DNA of 64,000 nucleotides. It comes from Rhizophagus irregularis (taxonomy: Eukaryota). The DNA lies in NCBI RefSeq assembly GCF_026210795.1, contig NC_089432.1:3906001-3970000 (forward strand). The letters are read 5' to 3'. This document shows, piece by piece, positions 57,030-64,000 of the stretch (position 1 is its first letter; every line of letters begins with the position of its first letter). A program made the translations under genes and the position numbers. Under the pieces are notes generated by a model. That model was not told the origin of the DNA. It searched no databases and was given only the letters and a program-made list of their open reading frames with translations.

Positions 57030-60000
57030 TCATGCATTATCATCTTCATCATAATTTCTAGCTATTCTTCTAAATTTTGGATTTTCATTGTAAATTTGTC
57101 CATATGTTATATTTGCTTTTTCATTAAACATATCCATTACATATTTTTCTGGTGGTACATTAACTCGTACTCTAATATTTTTATTTCCTCTTTTCATTCC
57201 TGGATTTGGACATTCTCTTATAAAATGACCTGTTAATCCACATCTTTCACATCGGTTATGTCTTCTTCTCGATTGATATGCTCTATCTCTATCTTCTTTA
57301 TTAGAAAATCCTCCTTTTCTTTCACCATCAATATCCATTTTCATATCATATTCTCTTTTGGTGGTATTGGGACATCTTCAATTTCCATCTCATTATAGTC
57401 ATTATCTAAATCTCTTCCATATTTTCTACCGCTTCTTAAAGTTGGAAATATTTCTTTTTCATAATTATATATTTCGTGATTATTATAATATTCATTATCA
57501 TTATATCCTTTATTATCATAATATCTTTCGTGATCCATTAAATTTATATTTCTATTATTATTATTATTTCTTCTTTCATTATTATTCCTATTAAAATTAT
57601 TTTGCGTTCTATAATTATTTCTTCGTCTTAATTGTGGACATTCTGGTCTTATATGACCTTCTTCATTGCATTCATAGCATCTCATAATTCTTGCATTTCT
57701 TGTATTTGTGTTTCTATTTATATTTCTTCTTTGTTGATTTTTTATCTCATTTAACCTTTCTTCCATAGCTATTTTTTCTGCTCTAAATTGTTCTAATGCT
57801 TTGCTTAATTCATCAATATCTTTTTCATTAACTGGCTTTTGCATCTTTCTATATATTTCATTTTCTTCTTTTTTATTCGTTTCTTCTTTTAAAATTTCTT
57901 CTATATTCTTTTCTTGTCTTATTTGTTCTATATTTACACCCGTTATTTTCATCATCAATTCATTTTTAGCTTCTTCTTCTCCTCTTGCTGTAATAATTGC
58001 ATCACTTAAATTTGTTGGATTACTTCTTCTAACTTGGTACCCCAATGTAGGTTCTAACCCTTGAATATAATAATTTACTTGATACATATCGTGTAATGCT
58101 TGACCTCTAGTTGCAATTCTTAATATTGACCTAAATCTTCTAATATATTCTTCAACACTCTCATTTTTTTCTTGTTTAATCCTTGTCAATTCTATCATTT
58201 TTCTTCTTTTAACATCTTCTCTAGTGAATCTATTAATTAATTTATTTTTCAAATTTCTATCATCATTATGATCACACCAGTTTACTAAATTAGCTGCTAC
58301 TCTTTCTTTTTCTTCATTATACCATTGTAATGCAGTTCCTCTTAAACATGTTATTGCTACATTTGCTTTATTTTGTCTACATATACCTCCTCCAACATTT
58401 CCTTCTGTTCTTCCACTTACTGTAAATGTTACTTCAAATTGTCTAATCCAATCGTTAACATCTTCATCTTCTTTTCCACTAAAAGTTGGCATACCTACTA
58501 TTCCTCCCATTCCTGCAGTTTGAATTCTATCTAATAAAGTTTGTCCTGCTCCTAATGCATTATCTAATGCATTAGGTGCGAGTCCTATAGCATTTTCTAC
58601 TATTCTTCTCATTTGTGCTTCTGTTGCCATGTTTAATAATATATTTTCCTGTAAATTATAATCAGATAGTTCACTTTCTGTATCAGAATTTTCAATATCA
58701 GAATCCTTAATATTCAACAAATTATTCGAATCTGAATTTTGACTTAAGCCAGAATCTTCTGTATTTATAATATTTTCATCATTATTTCCAGTTTCATTCT
58801 CATTGAAGTCTTCAGAATTTCCTTCCCAAATCTCATGTTCTTCTGGATCTAATATTTCTCCAATCTTTTCTGAATCATCTGAATTATCATTTTCTTCTTC
58901 ACTCTCTTCAATCTCGAATTTCTTTAAGTACTCATCCAATATTCTCCTTATTTCCCTTTCTGATTCATTTTTATATTCTTGAAATTTTCTTATAAAGTCT
59001 GCACTTAATATATCAACATCTCTATATCCCATACTTATTAATCTTAATAATTCTCCATCAGAAACTTCAATTTCTAAAACTTTAATTAAATTTCTTAGCT
59101 GTTCTAATCTTTTCTCCATTTCCGTTTCATCATCCAATTTATTCTCGTCTTCCAAATTTTCTGGTCCTTTTTCATAACAACTTTTACATATCTTTTCTAT
59201 AAATTCTTCATTATATTCTACCGCTTCTATTGCTTCTTTCTTTAATATTATTTTATTGCACATTGGACATTCTCTCGTATACATATAATGCCATATTTTT
59301 AATTCTTCTTCTATTCCTTTATCACCTAATTCTTCAATAGTTTTGTAAAAACTCATAAATTCTTTAGTCTTCATTATTTCATATTCCACTCTGAAATTTA
59401 TTATTCGTCTTATCTCTTCAATATCAATTTCATAACCATTCTCTAACCAATAATTTCTGTATGTTCTTTCTATATATTCATCTCCTTCATTCGAACTTAG
59501 TTCTCCCGCATCATCTGAACTTTCCAGTTCTCCTACATCACTTTGTTCTTCAACAAAACCTTTTGCCTCTACAATTTTCCTTATTATTTTATCTGTTATA
59601 TCGTCATTTGTCCATGGTCTCAGGTATTTATTTCCATCCCACCATTGATATGTTATACTTTTCTGAAACTTCCTGACTTTCTCTCTATTCTCTTCTTCTA
59701 CTATATTTTCTTCTAAATGCAATATTTCCTTGAAATATCTCATAGTACCATATCCTTTGTTTTTGATGGTTATTGATTCTGTCTTTTCTAACCATTCTTC
59801 AAATTTTGCAAATCTTATATCCAATTCATCATCTTCTATAATATATCTATATGTTAACAATTCCCTATTTCCTAATAGATTCTCTTCTGTTCGATCGTCT
59901 AATATAAACTCATTATCTTCACTCAATATGTAATGTTCACAGATCACTTTTATCACTGATATAATTCCCATTTTTCTGTAATCTGATTTATTTCTATACC

Positions 60001-60352
60001 TAATTGACCTTACAACTATATCTAACAGTTTTTCCCCTTCTTTTCTTATTTTTTCAAATTCTCTATTTCTTTTCTTTTTACTAGATGGATAACTTTCTTC
60101 CCCATCCTTTCTTGTTAGTATTATATATTCCATTAATTTTACATATGTATTTCTGTTATAACTCATCGCTTCTAATATTACTTTTTGAAAAATCTTCCAA
60201 AATCTTTTAAACCAATCTTCTATCTCTATTTCATCAGTACTATAACATTTTAGACATGAAGGGTCCACTTGATATTCTTTTCTTAATTCATTATGTTTCT
60301 CTATTTCATGTCTATTCTTAATCTCTTCTAACTCATCGTATATATCAGACAT
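57030..60352 (-). pseudogene. Gag with long acidic N-terminal extension and two CCHC knuckles; frameshift near 57342
   Basis: MPTFSGKEDEDVNDW; CLRGTALQWY; QEKNESVEEY; CYECNEEGHIRPEC; CERCGLTGHFIREC. Confidence 0.88.
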
Positions 60353-61366
60353 TTTTTATTTACTTAAACATTTCATAATTTCACTTTTATTTATATTTTA
60401 TAAAATTTTATCATCATTTAGATTACTATTTTATCTTTTACTTCTTTTAAAATACAATTTAAATTTTAATATTTTCAAAGTTCCAGCTTTGATTCTATAC
60501 TTTCTTTATACATTCTATAATATAATTTATAATTTATAATCGCGATTTTATTTATAAACTTTCTATATCTTGCGCAAATAAACTGTGATCAAGGCTAGGG
60601 ATTATTTATAACTGGGGCCACCCAGTATCAGACTAATATGATCACTAACAAAGGCTTATTTATACTGGGTCCTCCCAGTGTGCTCTTATTTATACTGGGG
60701 TTCTCCCAGTTTTATATACGAAATTAAACTTTTTAATAACTCTTAATCTTTTTCTTATATTAACTTCTAAAATATTTATTTCAACTCTATTTCATATTAT
60801 TTTACTTCTCACATTTCATTTTGTTTACGCAACATGCTTACATAATTTCTTTTATTATATTATTTTATTTCATATAATTCATTATTATCTTTTATAATCT
60901 TTCATATCATTCTTTTTATCGTAATAAAATTATTTCTCATATATTAAATAATAACATTTCAATATTTCTCATATTTACAATATCTTTTAATTTTCTCTTT
61001 CATTTAGTAACCTGTACCGGGCTTGCCTTTACCTTCTTCATAGAAGTATAGTAGTTTACGGGTTTGTTACTAATAACTTTTCTTTTCTTATAATACTTTT
61101 CAAATTTTTCAATCATTTATTAACTTTTTATTATTCACAAAATTCATTCTCATTATAAATTTTTATTTTCATTCAATTTTAAATCTTTTCATTATTATCT
61201 TGAATATTTCATTTATCTTTTCGATATATACTTTTTCAATATATTGTATATTTTCATTTCTCATATATTCTGTAATATTCCTTTTTCATAATATTACTTT
61301 TACTATATCTTTTTCATATATAGTAACATTTTTCTCATATTTCAGATAAGTCTTCTTTATCTTATC

Positions 61367-61566
61367 ATTTCTTTGATGATTTCACATATCATCCTTCCTT
61401 TCTTATATTTCTTTGATGATTTCACATATCATCTTTCCTTTCTTATATTTCTTTGATGATTTCTCATATCATCTTTCCTTTCTTATATTTCTTTGATGAT
61501 TTCTCATATCATCTTTCCTTTCTTATATTTCTTTGATGATTTCTCATATCATCTTTCCTTTCTTAT
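61367..61566. repeat. 40-bp tandem repeat, 5 copies, in the element 2 leader
   Basis: ctttgatgat recurs at 61371, 61411, 61451, 61491 and 61531. Confidence 0.93.
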
Positions 61567-61660
61567 TAATTTCACAAATTTTTCTTTCATTTTCTCATAT
61601 ACTTTTCTTTTATTTCTCATTTAGATCTTGTATGAAGACAACAATCTTTTATTTTCTCAT

Positions 61661-61672
61661 GAGCATGCACCA
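61661..61672 (-). promoter_or_regulatory. Primer binding site TGGTGCATGCTC, element 2
   Basis: 4 nt from the 5' LTR; identical to the element 1 PBS. Confidence 0.88.
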
Positions 61673-61676
61673 AAAA

Positions 61677-62250
61677 TGTGATACGCCGCCCATAGGACAT
61701 TAAAATAAAATATCGTATGTTGCCACCGACGTGTTGAGTTCATGTAGTCTCTATGCTTGGTTTAAAATAAAAATTAGTTACAAAACATTAATAAACCATT
61801 AATTAAAATAATTAATGTGGCACTTTTTACTCATAAGAAAAAGGCAAAAAGAATGTGTTAGTTTTTATTAAGGGCGAATTAAAAATTTTTTATTTTTCTA
61901 AAAAATTGAACTCTGGAATTTCCTATCGAAATCCACTTGTATTTATACATTTTAAGAAAATCATTTCTACTATCTACTACTCTTTCTCTATTAAAATTCT
62001 AAGAATAATAAGAAATAAAAGATGTATTATCATATGACTTTCTTGTTACACTAAACTAAACTATAAATATAATTTTATTGGCTAATTATTTATCCATCGG
62101 CTAAATATTTATCCGTCACTTACTGCGCCATGTGACTTGTCACGTGACTTTTGTATTCCCAACTGTTTCTTCTTGTGTAACCATATCATGTGACCTACTG
62201 CGCCACAGGATTTACTGCGTCATTTATCTATTATATTTTCGGTTATTACA
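61677..62250 (-). repeat. 5' LTR of element 2
   Basis: Direct repeat of 52954-53527. Confidence 0.95.
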
Positions 62251-64000
62251 CCACCTACGATAAGTTAACGAAATAGCTAATGTCATTGCATAAATCTAGA
62301 CGAAGTAGGAATAATTACAAGAAGAAGGGAAAACTCAATAGTAACGATCATTGTCTACACGCAAATAGGAGGATGAATGACGTAAGAATTTTGGTTGTTT
62401 TTAGTTAAATATAAACGTTTTACCCATGTTATTTTGCGTTTAGAAAAAAATTCGTCAACTAAAAGCTGCCAAAGTTTTATATGATAAAGACAACGTGAGA
62501 ATCACTCACTATGAAAAACAAGAGATGATCAATATCATTCAAGATATCAGATATCATTCACCGGAGTTGAGTAAAACGGATGAGGAAAATGCGTCGGAAA
62601 AATGTCAAATAGTTGTGTATAATCGATCATGGAGATCATCGGAGGTATGTACTAACTTTCGATTTATTATAGTAATTTATAGATTTACACTAACTTGTTT
62701 CTTTCTAGTTAAAAACTTTTTTTAGGGAAGTATTGGATCCTTATTTATTTACACAACAAAACGCACAACTAACCAGACGTAGAAATTATGACGATACGTT
62801 GCAAAATTTTGACGTCCAACCTCCGAACGATGCACCACAATGGACGTATGTAGAACCAGGAAATGGTAATAATGTGATTCCGATATAGGATACGAGAGTA
62901 TATACGATGATTATATGTACGATGATGCAGACACGTTTTAATGGAGTGTTGGTAATTATTATATACATTCGATGTTATTTCGCTAAAATTTAATGTTCGA
63001 TGTTATTTTGGTATAATTTTGCTTTAACCTTTATTTTATTTGTTTATTGTATCAAAAAATTAGCGTTGTGAATGAAGTTGATGATGAAAGTCGTCTTGAA
63101 GGTGTTATATTATATAAATAGGACATTCTTATAATACATTATTATTAGCGTAGCATATAAATTGAACATTATAATAATTAGTATAAATTAGTATTAAATA
63201 TATAGTATTAAATATTTTATTAAATAAATAACAATTTATTGCGTTTAAAAGCTGACCGAATGTTAAGTATTTGTTATAATGAATGTTATCTGAAAGTTAT
63301 ACGATTTTTTATTCTGAAAGTCATGCGAATGGTAGATCAAAATCTACCGAAGTTTAGCTAAAATTTAGACGAGTGGCAGTCTGAATGGTAACACTTGATA
63401 AAAACTTTTGGTTAAGAGATTTGTCTAACTTCGGCCAAATTTCAGCCATAATTCAGGCCAAATTTGCCTATACGAAATCTGGCCGAATTGGACTATTTCG
63501 ACTAGTGCATAGATACATCACCCTGCAGTCCTTCTTCTACATAAACCCACTTTTCTGGAGGCTTTCTTAAAAATACTTGAATACCTCCTAAATTTTTAAA
63601 CTGGTTATTTGTTGCTATGTTAAATACGTTGTAAAACTGGCAACAATCTGTAATATAAGCAACACCTTTACAATCTTATCTGAAACGATTGTTTTTGCTT
63701 CTTTAAGTACACACATACAACAAAGAAACCTATTGTGCAATAAAGATATTGGGTACAAAATTGAAAAAGTATATTTATATGTTAATAAAAAGTCACAGCT
63801 GATCTATTGGTAAAACACAGCTGATCTAATGGTCAATTTTAATGATCTGATTATAAATCACGTGATTAATTTTAACCAATCAAATTGATAAAATATGTGT
63901 TGTTCAACTGTCCTTTATTTGTCCAATGGGAGGGGGTTATGTTAAACAAAGGTTTGGATTTGAGCGGCCTTAACATTCATATGTTAAAAAAAGCAATGGA

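Larger units (their letters stand above)
52954..62250 (-). mobile_element. Ty3/Gypsy LTR retrotransposon, element 2 (9.3 kb), related to element 1
   Basis: 574-bp TG..CA LTRs; 4-bp TSD ccac at 52950-52953 and 62251-62254; same PBS as element 1; PPT at 53528-53542. Confidence 0.97.
51745..62888 (+). pseudogene. Multi-exon coiled-coil gene (likely the second gene of the CACTA element), split by Gypsy element 2
   Basis: The frame ...LIPELMKSLKPNFNP|TYDKLTK*LMSLHKSRR rejoins across 52954-62250. Short GT-AG introns; Ser-rich repeats at 51900-52110. Confidence 0.6.
50277..63507. mobile_element. Truncated CACTA-type element (divergent gene pair; only one terminus seen)
   Basis: Terminus ...tttcgactagtg at 63507 (reverse complement CACTAGTCG) with subterminal ttcggcc/ggccgaa repeats; transposase-like fragment at the other side. 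Confidence 0.5.

Noticed and set aside
63508..64000. Possible further transposon end (cacagctgatcta twice, cacgtg)
   Set aside because: No partner terminus or TSD is visible within the window.

Overview
AT-rich eukaryotic DNA made almost entirely of nested, mostly decayed mobile elements. Intron style and element families point to an arbuscular mycorrhizal fungus (Glomeromycota, Rhizophagus-like); this is inference. In order: (1) a Helitron with a spliced OB-fold-like gene and a broken Rep-PIF1 gene. (2) A BED-finger hAT transposase pseudogene cut by a hAT MITE. (3) A minus-strand LINE (ORF1; APE-RT-RNaseH ORF2) holding two hAT MITEs, one of which holds a young 11.6-kb Ty3/Gypsy element. (4) Several foldback or TIR MITEs. 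(5) A 15.6-kb Maverick/Polinton-like element at 34610-50250. (6) A truncated CACTA element holding a second Ty3/Gypsy element. The standout is the Maverick-like element. It has ~550-bp TIRs, an apparent 6-bp TSD, a minimal protein-primed-type PolB, an SF3/D5 helicase, an A32-like packaging ATPase and an RVE integrase with chromodomain. I see no jelly-roll capsid or adenain protease. Instead it carries a Ty3-like Gag capsid gene joined to a retropepsin by a -1 slippery site, which suggests a DNA-virus/retroelement chimera. Second, Gypsy element 1 has a thymidylate-kinase-like domain fused in frame after RNase H. Both Gypsy elements share an unusual split expression scheme: a UGA-CUA readthrough context, a -1 pro/RT junction and a stand-alone integrase ORF. 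They also share a tRNA T-arm-like motif at an identical distance from the 3' LTR. All domain calls come from motif recognition by eye; no searches were run.
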